Source: Patescibacteria group bacterium (GTDB taxonomy: Bacteria; Patescibacteriota; Microgenomatia; UBA8517). From it: 64,000 nt of DNA. Location of the stretch: assembly GCA_035692185.1 (NCBI GenBank), contig DASSIE010000028.1:4922-68921 (forward strand). Direction: 5' to 3'. How positions within the stretch are numbered: position 1 is the stretch's first letter; each line of letters opens with the position of its first letter. The notes under the pieces were generated by a model. It saw nothing but the letters and a program-made list of their open reading frames with translations, ran no database searches and was not told the DNA's origin. Both the position numbers and the translations under genes were made by a program. This document shows positions 56,644 to 64,000 of this stretch, in pieces.

Positions 56644-57586
56644 TGTTTTTACGGTGAAGAACTTTTTTTATAGCCTCATTAATTTTTTCTTTAGTTAAAC
56701 CAAATTTATGCCACAACCCCTGATATGTTTTTGCTGATTCCCCAAAACTATCCTGTACCCCAACAAATTCAATTGGAACTGGGAAGTTACGAGCAAGCAC
56801 CTCGGCTACGGCACTGCCCATTCCCCCCATAACTTGATGTTCCTCAACTGTAACAACTGCTCCGGTTATTTTTGCATAATGAACTAATGTTTGTTCGTCT
56901 AATGGTTTAATTGTATGCAAGTTAATTACAACCACACCAATTCCGCTTTCTTCGAGTGTTTTTGCGGCTTCCAATGCTTCGGGGAGAATCGGCCCGGTCC
57001 CAACAATAGTTACTTTTGGGTTTTTGTTTTCGTGCAAAATGTTGGCCTTACCTATCTCAAACTTAGAATCTATTTTTGTAAACACTGGCGAATCTTGCCT
57101 CGAAAGCCTTAAATAAGTTGGTTTTCCATTGTTAGCTACCGCCATTGTAGCTTTTTTAGCTTCCTCGTAGTCACAGGGGCTAACCACCACCATATTTGGA
57201 ATTACTCGCATTAGGGCAATATCTTCCAGCGATTCATGAGTTGCTCCGTACATCGAAGCCCCAAACCCGGCATGAGCACCGATTATTTTTACAGGAAGAT
57301 CATTAAGGGCAACCGTAACTTTGATCTGCTCAAATGTTCTGCCCGGCGAGAAAACCGCATAGGAAGTTGTAAATGGAATTTTCCCGGCTTCCGCCATCCC
57401 AGCAGCGACAGTAACAAGCCCCTGTTCCGCAACTCCAACTTGAAAAAATCTGTCGGGAAATTTATCGGCAAATTGTTTTACCCGAGTAGAGTCAGCCAAA
57501 TCCGCCGTAAGGACAACAATATCTTTGTTTGTTTCCCCAAGTTCAACTAATGCTTCTCCAAATCCATCCCTAATTGATTTCATCAT
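56639..57586 (-). CDS. tktB: Transketolase, C-terminal subunit
   Basis: Pyrimidine-binding and C-terminal domains. Overlaps the N-terminal subunit gene by 4 nt. Confidence 0.85.
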   Translation of the reverse strand: MMKSIRDGFGEALVELGETNKDIVVLTADLADSTRVKQFADKFPDRFFQVGVAEQGLVTVAAGMAEAGKIPFTTSYAVFSPGRTFEQIKVTVALNDLPVKIIGAHAGFGASMYGATHESLEDIALMRVIPNMVVVSPCDYEEAKKATMAVANNGKPTYLRLSRQDSPVFTKIDSKFEIGKANILHENKNPKVTIVGTGPILPEALEAAKTLEESGIGVVVINLHTIKPLDEQTLVHYAKITGAVVTVEEHQVMGGMGSAVAEVLARNFPVPIEFVGVQDSFGESAKTYQGLWHKFGLTKEKINEAIKKVLHRKNT

Positions 57587-58359
57587 TTAAGTTCCTCCAT
57601 AGCTTTTTTATATTCCACTTCGTTTGGCGCCTTTGCATGCCAATCTGGATCATTTTCCATATAAGAAACTCCTTTACCAAAAAGTGTATTTGCAACAATT
57701 ACTGTTGGGGCTTCTACTTCTTCCTTGGCCGTCTCGACTGACCTTATAATTTCGTTGAAATCATGCCCGTCAATTTCCATAACTTTCCAACCAAAAGATC
57801 TATACCTACCTATCAAATTCCCCAGTGGCATTATCTCCTCCACCGTTCCTTCTATTTGGATTCTGTTTCGATCAATAAACTGTATTAAATTATTTAGGTT
57901 ATATTTGGCGGCAAACATTACCGCCTCCCAGTGGTTTCCCTCGTCGTGTTCTGCATCACTGGTCATGCAATAGATATGTGAATCCTTTTTAATCGCAGCA
58001 TAACCTGAGGCTTGAGCTAACCCCAAACCAAGTGGGCCAGAAGTATTCATGATTCCTTTTAATTTGGTTCTTTCTGGGTGGCCCTGGAGAGGAGAGTTGA
58101 GAGTTGTGTAAGAATCCAAAAGTGATTTTTCTATCATTCCCTTTTCCGCCATCACTGCATAAAGTGCGGGACAAACATGTCCATTGGAAAGAAAAAAAAC
58201 GTCATCATCTTTTAATATTTCAAAATATATTGCCACTAAAATTTCGGTGGCACTGAGAGATCCACCCGGGTGGCCACTCCCCGCCTTGTAAATCATATCG
58301 ATGATGTCCTTTCGTACCTGAAGCGCTACCTTTTTTAATTCGTTAGTTGTATGGTTCAT
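57583..58359 (-). CDS. tktA: Transketolase, N-terminal (TPP-binding) subunit
   Basis: GHPGGSLS, TPP motif GDAEHDEGNHWEA. Confidence 0.85.
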   Translation of the reverse strand: MNHTTNELKKVALQVRKDIIDMIYKAGSGHPGGSLSATEILVAIYFEILKDDDVFFLSNGHVCPALYAVMAEKGMIEKSLLDSYTTLNSPLQGHPERTKLKGIMNTSGPLGLGLAQASGYAAIKKDSHIYCMTSDAEHDEGNHWEAVMFAAKYNLNNLIQFIDRNRIQIEGTVEEIMPLGNLIGRYRSFGWKVMEIDGHDFNEIIRSVETAKEEVEAPTVIVANTLFGKGVSYMENDPDWHAKAPNEVEYKKAMEELK

Positions 58360-58360
58360 T

Positions 58361-58393
58361 TCTAGTTACTAGCTACTAGATTCTAGATACTAG
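58361..58393. repeat. CTAG-rich junction element (copy B)
   Basis: tctagttactagctactagattctagatactag. Its first 18 nt are identical to copy A. Fills the gap between the LOG stop and the tkt ATG. Confidence 0.7.
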
Positions 58394-59038
58394 TTATTTT
58401 GTGAAAGCTTTGTCATATTCATCATCTTTTCCATACTCATCTTTATTTCTGCTCGAAATTTTTGTCTCAAATTTCTTGATCGTTGCCAAAACCTCTTCTT
58501 TAGTCCTGCAAATTTCAAAAACAGCCATCTCTTTTGCGTCTATATACATGTTTTTCTTTAAAACATCTATTATCTCTATCCAAAAATCTCCAAAAAGTAT
58601 AAATGGTTTATGGTGACCATAATAAAGTTTTGCTAAAACCCATGCAGTTCCAAATTCACTTATGGTGCCACTTCCACCTTTAAAAATTAAGAAAACATCA
58701 CTGTTTTCCATTAGTTTAAACATGCGTTCAATATAATTTGTAGTAACTATTTCCTCGTCTGTAACGTTACCTATATATTTGCCTTCAAACCCTGGGGCAT
58801 TTGTTGGATCAAATGTAACACTGACTGTTTTTCCGTTTACTTTTTCAGCCCCACTAGTTGCAGCCTCCATTACCCCCGGCCCACCGCCATCCACAATGAC
58901 ATAACCTTCTTTTGCTAAAAGCTCTGCTGTATCAAATGCAGCTTTATAAGTTTCGTCGGCTTCACTTATATCAGCATCGCCAAAGAAAGCGATGTTTTTA
59001 ATAATCTTGTGCCCTGCATATTTTGTATCTTCTCCCAT
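58394..59038 (-). CDS. LOG family (TIGR00730) protein
   Basis: GGGPGVMEA and KGGSGTISE motifs. Confidence 0.8.
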   Translation of the reverse strand: MGEDTKYAGHKIIKNIAFFGDADISEADETYKAAFDTAELLAKEGYVIVDGGGPGVMEAATSGAEKVNGKTVSVTFDPTNAPGFEGKYIGNVTDEEIVTTNYIERMFKLMENSDVFLIFKGGSGTISEFGTAWVLAKLYYGHHKPFILFGDFWIEIIDVLKKNMYIDAKEMAVFEICRTKEEVLATIKKFETKISSRNKDEYGKDDEYDKAFTK

Positions 59039-59040
59039 AC

Positions 59041-59067
59041 AATTAGAATCTAGATTCTAGTATCTAG
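59041..59067. repeat. CTAG-rich junction element (copy C)
   Basis: aattagaatctagattctagtatctag (contains perfect palindrome agaatctagattct) between the gap stop and the LOG ATG. Confidence 0.65.
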
Positions 59068-60183
59068 TTACTGCTTAAATGACATTGTGATCGGATCTGT
59101 AGGAATTTTAGAACTCTCAAGAGTCCGACCCACTCGTATAACCTGTTCAACAAGCCGATTAGCATATCCCCACTCGTTGTCGTACCATGCAAAAACTTTA
59201 ACCATATTCCCCGCAACTACCTGCGTTAAAGGCAAATCAACGATTGCTGATTCGCTTCTGCCGATGATGTCGGAGGAAACTAAATTTCCCTCAGAAATTG
59301 CCAATATACCCTTATATAGGGGATTTTTTACTGCCTTTTTAAAAGCCTCGTTTACCTCTTCTTTTGTAACATTTTTCTTGAGAAGAACTGTAAAGTCAGT
59401 AATAGACCCCGTTGCAGTTGGAACTCTTAAACTCATCCCGTCGAATAGTCCTTTGAGTTCTGGAATGGTTTCGGTGGTCGCAATTGCAGCCCCTGTACTC
59501 GTAGGAATTATATTTTCTGCCGCCGCTCTTGCACGTCGCAAATCTTTGTGGGAACTATCTTGCAAATTTTGGTCATCGGTATAACTGTGAACCGTTGTCA
59601 TCATCGCTTTTTCTATTCCAAAGGCGGAATGCAAAACCGCAGCAACTGGGGCAACACAGTTTGTAGTACAACTGGCGTTACTTATTACCATTCCCTGTGG
59701 TTCTTTTCCCTCACTCTCATTTACCCCCAAAACATATGTTCCAACGTTTCCGCCTTTAGCAGGAGCCGAAATTACGACACGTTTAGCTCCCCCTACTGCA
59801 TGTTTCATTGCGCCTTCGCTATCCGTAAACTTTCCGGTTGCTTCAATCACCACGTCCACTCCATATTTCCCCCAGGGAATCTTAGCAGGATCTTTTTGTG
59901 CAAGAAGTGGAACCTTAATATCTTTTTCGGAAATCATTAAGTTTCCAATTAAAGGGTCCTCATCTGTGGCTTGGTCAGGAGCATTTAGCTCTTCACTCTG
60001 CACTTTTAGCTCAAACTCACGGTACATTGTATCGTAATTGGTTAAGTGAGCCCAACCTGCCGAGTCCATACTTCCTGAAGTATTAATCGCACCAAACTGG
60101 AGCTCACCTGCATGCTTAAGAGTACCTATTCTAAAAGCAAGTCTCCCAATCCTTCCGAAACCATTGATTCCAACCTTTACCAT
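59068..60183 (-). CDS. gap: Glyceraldehyde-3-phosphate dehydrogenase (with a ~35-aa insertion)
   Basis: NGFGRIGR, active site SNASCTTNCVAP. Confidence 0.9.
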   Translation of the reverse strand: MVKVGINGFGRIGRLAFRIGTLKHAGELQFGAINTSGSMDSAGWAHLTNYDTMYREFELKVQSEELNAPDQATDEDPLIGNLMISEKDIKVPLLAQKDPAKIPWGKYGVDVVIEATGKFTDSEGAMKHAVGGAKRVVISAPAKGGNVGTYVLGVNESEGKEPQGMVISNASCTTNCVAPVAAVLHSAFGIEKAMMTTVHSYTDDQNLQDSSHKDLRRARAAAENIIPTSTGAAIATTETIPELKGLFDGMSLRVPTATGSITDFTVLLKKNVTKEEVNEAFKKAVKNPLYKGILAISEGNLVSSDIIGRSESAIVDLPLTQVVAGNMVKVFAWYDNEWGYANRLVEQVIRVGRTLESSKIPTDPITMSFKQ

Positions 60184-60295
60184 GATCTGTGTTTATTTAT
60201 GAAGCTCATGGCAAGTTTGTCTTTAGCGAAACCAAAGCACCTTCACCATACGAGCAGTTCTTCATTTTATATCTTTAAGAGGCTACAATTCAATC

Positions 60296-60889
60296 ATGTA
60301 TTTAATTAGCTCTTGGTTTTTAATTTGGTTTGCATCATGGAGTCTTTTTACATTTAAAGTCAGGTGGTTATTTAAACAATCCCCTAGTAAAGCGTATGTC
60401 ATCAGAGGGGGGTATTTTATTTCACTATTTGTATTTATATATGTTTACTATTATCAACTTATAAGCCCTTTTACTTCACAACTTATTGGGGCAACCATTA
60501 TTTCTATTCTTATTGGTTTGTGGATTAGATTTAACAGAACTTTATATATAAATGTCAAAAAAGATAAAGACTTTTTTGCTTGGCAAGCATTTAACGTGCT
60601 GTTCCAACAGGCCATGATATTAATTGGTATTTTAATGTTAAGAATAATATTTAAAGAAAATTACCAAAATTATCATTTCGGGATCATATTTTTCCTTGGG
60701 CATTTGCCAATATTATTTTTGCCTTGGGCAAAGTTAAAAACTATCTATATTTTTTATTCATTATTTGCAGGGATTATTTTTAGTTACTTAATAAACAATT
60801 ATCATTACGGGTTAGTGATTAGCTTCGTGCTACACTACTTAGCATATGTCTTGTTAATTTATTATGTTAAAGATGAAGAAAAAATATAG
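60296..60889 (+). CDS. Polytopic membrane protein, hypothetical
   Basis: 197 aa, 5-6 TM helices. Confidence 0.45.
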   Translation: MYLISSWFLIWFASWSLFTFKVRWLFKQSPSKAYVIRGGYFISLFVFIYVYYYQLISPFTSQLIGATIISILIGLWIRFNRTLYINVKKDKDFFAWQAFNVLFQQAMILIGILMLRIIFKENYQNYHFGIIFFLGHLPILFLPWAKLKTIYIFYSLFAGIIFSYLINNYHYGLVISFVLHYLAYVLLIYYVKDEEKI

Positions 60890-62002
60890 TTGGCTATGAT
60901 AAAAGTTAATTCAACAGACCTTAAAAACTTATTAAATACTGGTTGGCAATCATGGAGTACTAAAACTATTGAAAAGGCATTGTTTAAGTTACCAACATTT
61001 AACTACTCACCGATTGATATTAACCAAACAAATCTTAGTGAGATTTCAATTCCAAAGTTTCTAAAAAAGCCTGTTACGGGATGGTGTTCGTGGTATGCAT
61101 ATGGATGGGACATAAACGAGACAAAAATACTTAAGCAAGCTGAATGGATTTCTAAGAATAAACAATTACCTCTCAAATACATACTGATCGACGGCGGTTG
61201 GTGCACATGGGGAGATTGGCTAGACGAAGACAATAGAAGATTTCCGAATGGCCTCAAGACAACTGTTAAAAAAATAAAAGATCTTGGGTTGTCAGCTGGC
61301 ATTTGGGTAGCGCCATTTCTAATCCATCCGCGTTCAAATGTTGCAAAAAATAACCCCAACTGGCTTGTAAGAAAAAATGGCAAATTAGTTGATGGATTAA
61401 AGCTAACACCGTGGAACTTGCCCATGAAATTCAAGAGGTGGATACTTGATATCAAAAATCCTGAGGTTCAAGAATACTTATCTAAAGCTATTGAATATCT
61501 CGTTCATGAATGTGGCGTTGAACTTTTGAAGCTAGACTTCCTTTATGGAATATATTTTAACCCAAACTTTGAAGCAAAAGAGGCAGACATGCATTTGCGA
61601 AGATTTCTATTGAAAATCAAGGATAAATACCCTCAAGTTTATACAATCGGATGTGGTTGTCCCCTCATACCCGCAGTTGGCGCTGTTGACTCAATGAGAA
61701 TTGGACCTGACTCAATAGTTAGCCCATTTCTCAAATTTAATTCAATTGTGAGAATTGTTGATAGATATATTTTTGGATATACAATAAAAACTCTTGAGAG
61801 TAGAATTTGGACAAAAGACTTCTGGAATGTAGACCTTGATTCTTTTGTCTGCCGCAAACTATCAGGACTTTCTGAAAACCAAATTCTGAAACATCGATCA
61901 TTAATAAAAATGTCAGGGGGTAATACATTCCTAGGAGATGATTTAACTAAACTGCCCAAAAAACGTCTTAACAAATATATAATACCTTTGTTTGCAAAAT
62001 GA
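60890..62002 (+). CDS. Melibiase-like glycoside hydrolase (clan GH-D, GH27/36-like)
   Basis: YILIDGGW and LLKLDFLYG motifs resemble alpha-galactosidase-family catalytic regions. Confidence 0.5.
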   Translation: MAMIKVNSTDLKNLLNTGWQSWSTKTIEKALFKLPTFNYSPIDINQTNLSEISIPKFLKKPVTGWCSWYAYGWDINETKILKQAEWISKNKQLPLKYILIDGGWCTWGDWLDEDNRRFPNGLKTTVKKIKDLGLSAGIWVAPFLIHPRSNVAKNNPNWLVRKNGKLVDGLKLTPWNLPMKFKRWILDIKNPEVQEYLSKAIEYLVHECGVELLKLDFLYGIYFNPNFEAKEADMHLRRFLLKIKDKYPQVYTIGCGCPLIPAVGAVDSMRIGPDSIVSPFLKFNSIVRIVDRYIFGYTIKTLESRIWTKDFWNVDLDSFVCRKLSGLSENQILKHRSLIKMSGGNTFLGDDLTKLPKKRLNKYIIPLFAK

Positions 62003-62859
62003 ATAATAACAATTTAACAGTTATCATTCCCACTTTAAATGAGGCTAAAAATCTACCCTACCTACTTAAGGACCTTTCAAATCAAACGTTCAAAAACTTT
62101 AGGGTAATTATTGTTGATGGTAATTCAGAAGACAATACTGTAAAAACTGCCTTAAAATACAGGGAGAAGAAATTAAGTATAAGTATTGTCCTTTCTTCAA
62201 AACGAAACGTATCTTTTCAACGCAATTTAGGAGCTAAAAAATCAAAGAGTGATTGGATTGTATTTATGGATGCAGACAATCGAATCCCAAGCTTTTATTT
62301 ACAAGGTTTAGTATTTTATTCTGAAATGCTTGATATTGATTTTATATCCAGTTGGATCGATCCAGATACGAATTCTACTATCGATAAAGCAACTGCAAAC
62401 ATTATTAATGTAATCATGGATATAAGCAAAAACACGCCCAATCCATATATATTAGAGTCAATGATTCTTGCTAAAAAAGATTCTTTTCTAAAACTCAACG
62501 GGTTTGATGAAACAATCCATTGGCACGAAGGTGGGGATCTTCTACGAAGGGCTAGAGGGAAAAGAATGAAATTTGATTTTATTAAAAACCCAAAATATAA
62601 ATATTCGTTTAGAAGACTTAGGAAAAGCGGAAAATTTTCGGTGCTTCAAAAGGTTATTCGCATGGAATTTGGTAGAATGTTAGACAAAAATAAAGCAAAC
62701 GACTTAAATTTATTTTACCCAATGGAAGGCGGGACTTTTTACCAAGTTAACAAGCAAACGAAACAAAAACTGCAAGGAATTGTATCTGAAATGTTCAACA
62801 ATGAAGCTCAAAGTCCAAAACTAAATTGGATTGAAAGACTGATCAAAAAATATATATAA
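61999..62859 (+). CDS. Glycosyltransferase family 2
   Basis: IIPTLNEAKNLP...VIIVDGNSEDNT...DAD. Confidence 0.75.
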   Translation: MNNNNLTVIIPTLNEAKNLPYLLKDLSNQTFKNFRVIIVDGNSEDNTVKTALKYREKKLSISIVLSSKRNVSFQRNLGAKKSKSDWIVFMDADNRIPSFYLQGLVFYSEMLDIDFISSWIDPDTNSTIDKATANIINVIMDISKNTPNPYILESMILAKKDSFLKLNGFDETIHWHEGGDLLRRARGKRMKFDFIKNPKYKYSFRRLRKSGKFSVLQKVIRMEFGRMLDKNKANDLNLFYPMEGGTFYQVNKQTKQKLQGIVSEMFNNEAQSPKLNWIERLIKKYI

Positions 62860-62964
62860 ACGCAAATCACTTTCTAGTGGCAAGCAATTCCCAACAGCTA
62901 TATGGCGACGATTGAAAAATTGCCTATCAAGAAAGTTTTTTTTGATCTGCGTTTCTAAATATAC

Positions 62965-63165
62965 TTATTTCTTCTTTTTCTTCATTGTAAGCATTGCGAA
63001 TGCTCCCCAAAGGCCCGAGAGTCCTACAGCTGCATAAACGATCATTACAAGTGTTGGCCATTTTCCAATTAAGCTTCCAACCAAATCAAAATTGAGTACG
63101 GACATAAATCCTACTTCCAAAGCTCCCAAAACTACCAACCATTTGGATAGTGTCTTTAATTTCAT
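62965..63165 (-). CDS. Small membrane protein (DUF378-like)
   Basis: 66 aa, two TM helices, KKKKK C-terminus. Preceded by GGGGGTGA SD. Confidence 0.5.
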   Translation of the reverse strand: MKLKTLSKWLVVLGALEVGFMSVLNFDLVGSLIGKWPTLVMIVYAAVGLSGLWGAFAMLTMKKKKK

Positions 63166-63279
63166 AAAAAATCACCCCCTTCGCCCTTCCGAAGCCTCGT
63201 GCGAAGGAGGGTCTCTCCTTTGTCGGGCTACGGCGGGGCACAGCCCCCTTTTACTTATTTAACATTACCACTTTTTGTT
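63166..63279 (-). other. GC-rich structured intergenic element between pgk and the DUF378 gene (terminator plus RBS region)
   Basis: Minus strand: GGGGGCUGUGCCCC hairpin, CCUUCG...CGAAGG inverted repeats with a UUCG loop, then GGGGGUGA-U6-AUG. Confidence 0.4.
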
Positions 63280-64000
63280 TTAACGAATCAATGCCTCTAT
63301 TCCAGGTAAAGTCTTTTTTGTCAAAAATTCAATCATTGCGCCTCCACCAACACTAACCCAGTCAAAGCTTTGAATCAAATCCAGACTACTAACTACATGC
63401 AAACTATCTCCTCCTCCCACAACTTTGAATGCGGCGGACGTGGCAACTGCTTTGAATATTCTCTCTGTCCCCTGCCTATGACCTGGGTCTTCGTATTTCC
63501 CCAATACCCCAGCGACAACAATTGTCTTTGCTTTAAGAATTTCTTTTTCAAATCTTTCGATTGTGTTTAAGGTTATATCCTCCTTATCCATATTCAGGTT
63601 CCCCACAATTACTTTTTTATCGTCCCCCTGGAGCCTCACACTTTCCAAGGCCGCGTCTCCCAAAAACTCGGGCAATCTTCCCCCAACCAAAACTTTATCA
63701 AAAATATTACTCAAAGGCTCAATCATTTCCAGCTTATCTTTTTTAATTCCGCTTATTAAAACAATAGAAGGGTGAAGTCCTGAGCTTGCCGAAGGATCTA
63801 TAACTTTTGACAAGTTTTCTATCTCTTTTTCAAAATGTAGCCCAATTGCGTGTGGCAGAAGTTTTGGAAGCCCAACTATTGACGCGTGAGCGCGATGGCT
63901 GGAACCGAAAGCATCATTAACATAAACGTCCCCCAAAGATGCTAATTTTTTTGCAAATTCTGGATCGTTACCTTCCTCACCTGGATCGAAACGAAGGTTT
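63280..64000 (-). CDS. pgk: Phosphoglycerate kinase, 5'-truncated by window edge
   Basis: ...NLRFDPGEEGNDPEFAKKLASLGDVYVNDAFGSSHRAHAS continues in frame to the window end. The ORF-track Met is an internal residue. Confidence 0.85.
   Translation of the reverse strand, partial: NLRFDPGEEGNDPEFAKKLASLGDVYVNDAFGSSHRAHASIVGLPKLLPHAIGLHFEKEIENLSKVIDPSASSGLHPSIVLISGIKKDKLEMIEPLSNIFDKVLVGGRLPEFLGDAALESVRLQGDDKKVIVGNLNMDKEDITLNTIERFEKEILKAKTIVVAGVLGKYEDPGHRQGTERIFKAVATSAAFKVVGGGDSLHVVSSLDLIQSFDWVSVGGGAMIEFLTKKTLPGIEALIR

Noticed and set aside
1-64000. CRISPR arrays, rRNA genes, alternative genetic code (UGA=Gly as in some CPR lineages)
   Set aside because: No spaced direct-repeat arrays or rRNA-like segments were seen. 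Full-length conserved proteins terminate at TAA/TAG, and no conserved domain requires read-through of TGA, so the standard code fits.

Overview
This window is AT-rich and gene-dense (about 90 CDS and 7 tRNAs), and most genes are on the minus strand. Several traits point to a reduced Patescibacteria/CPR-like (Candidate Phyla Radiation) bacterium using the standard code: tRNA genes without encoded CCA, a tRNA-Ile(UAU), a stand-alone 5'-3' exonuclease, split transketolase, a class II RNR with NrdR, an archaeal-type ATP-dependent DNA ligase and many small membrane proteins. TGA is not read through, and stops are mostly TAA/TAG. Main blocks, in order: (1) the 3' end of a giant Thr/Gly-rich fibrous surface protein, then a GIY-YIG nuclease abutting a tRNA-Gln/Lys/Glu cluster. 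(2) An RRM-RGG RNA-binding protein, a zinc-ribbon protein and a SpoU-type RNA methyltransferase. (3) A complete Com/type-IV-pilus-like operon (pilB, pilC, five prepilin-type genes including a ~630-aa pilin-like protein, a major pilin, and a terminator). (4) A redox operon (trxA, a Met/Pro-rich disordered protein, trxB with a duplicated 3'-end fragment, a DsbA-like protein) plus a NUDIX hydrolase. (5) A copper locus (GNAT, copA, cupredoxin-like protein, csoR with a GC-palindrome operator, a polytopic membrane-cupredoxin fusion, copZ). (6) A DNA repair/maintenance set (MGMT, pth, ATP-dependent DNA ligase, Fic, recF, mutM, 5'-3' exonuclease, ftsH, trpS). (7) An island-like segment with two tRNA(CAU), an XerC/D-type integrase, tRNA-Ile(UAU), an HTH-LAGLIDADG-like protein and a membrane-anchored VirD4/TraD-like ATPase. 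(8) A PduO-type cobalamin adenosyltransferase with nrdJ and nrdR. (9) Two tandem class A PBPs. (10) A glycolysis/PPP operon (2-hydroxyacid dehydrogenase, PfkB kinase, class I FBA, split tkt, LOG, gap, pgk) whose gene junctions carry unusual CTAG-rich or CTACAG-heptamer elements, and a four-helix-bundle gene flanked by inverted heptamer repeats. No CRISPR array and no rRNA were seen. All coordinates other than ORF-track coordinates were derived by hand and may be off by 1-2 nt.
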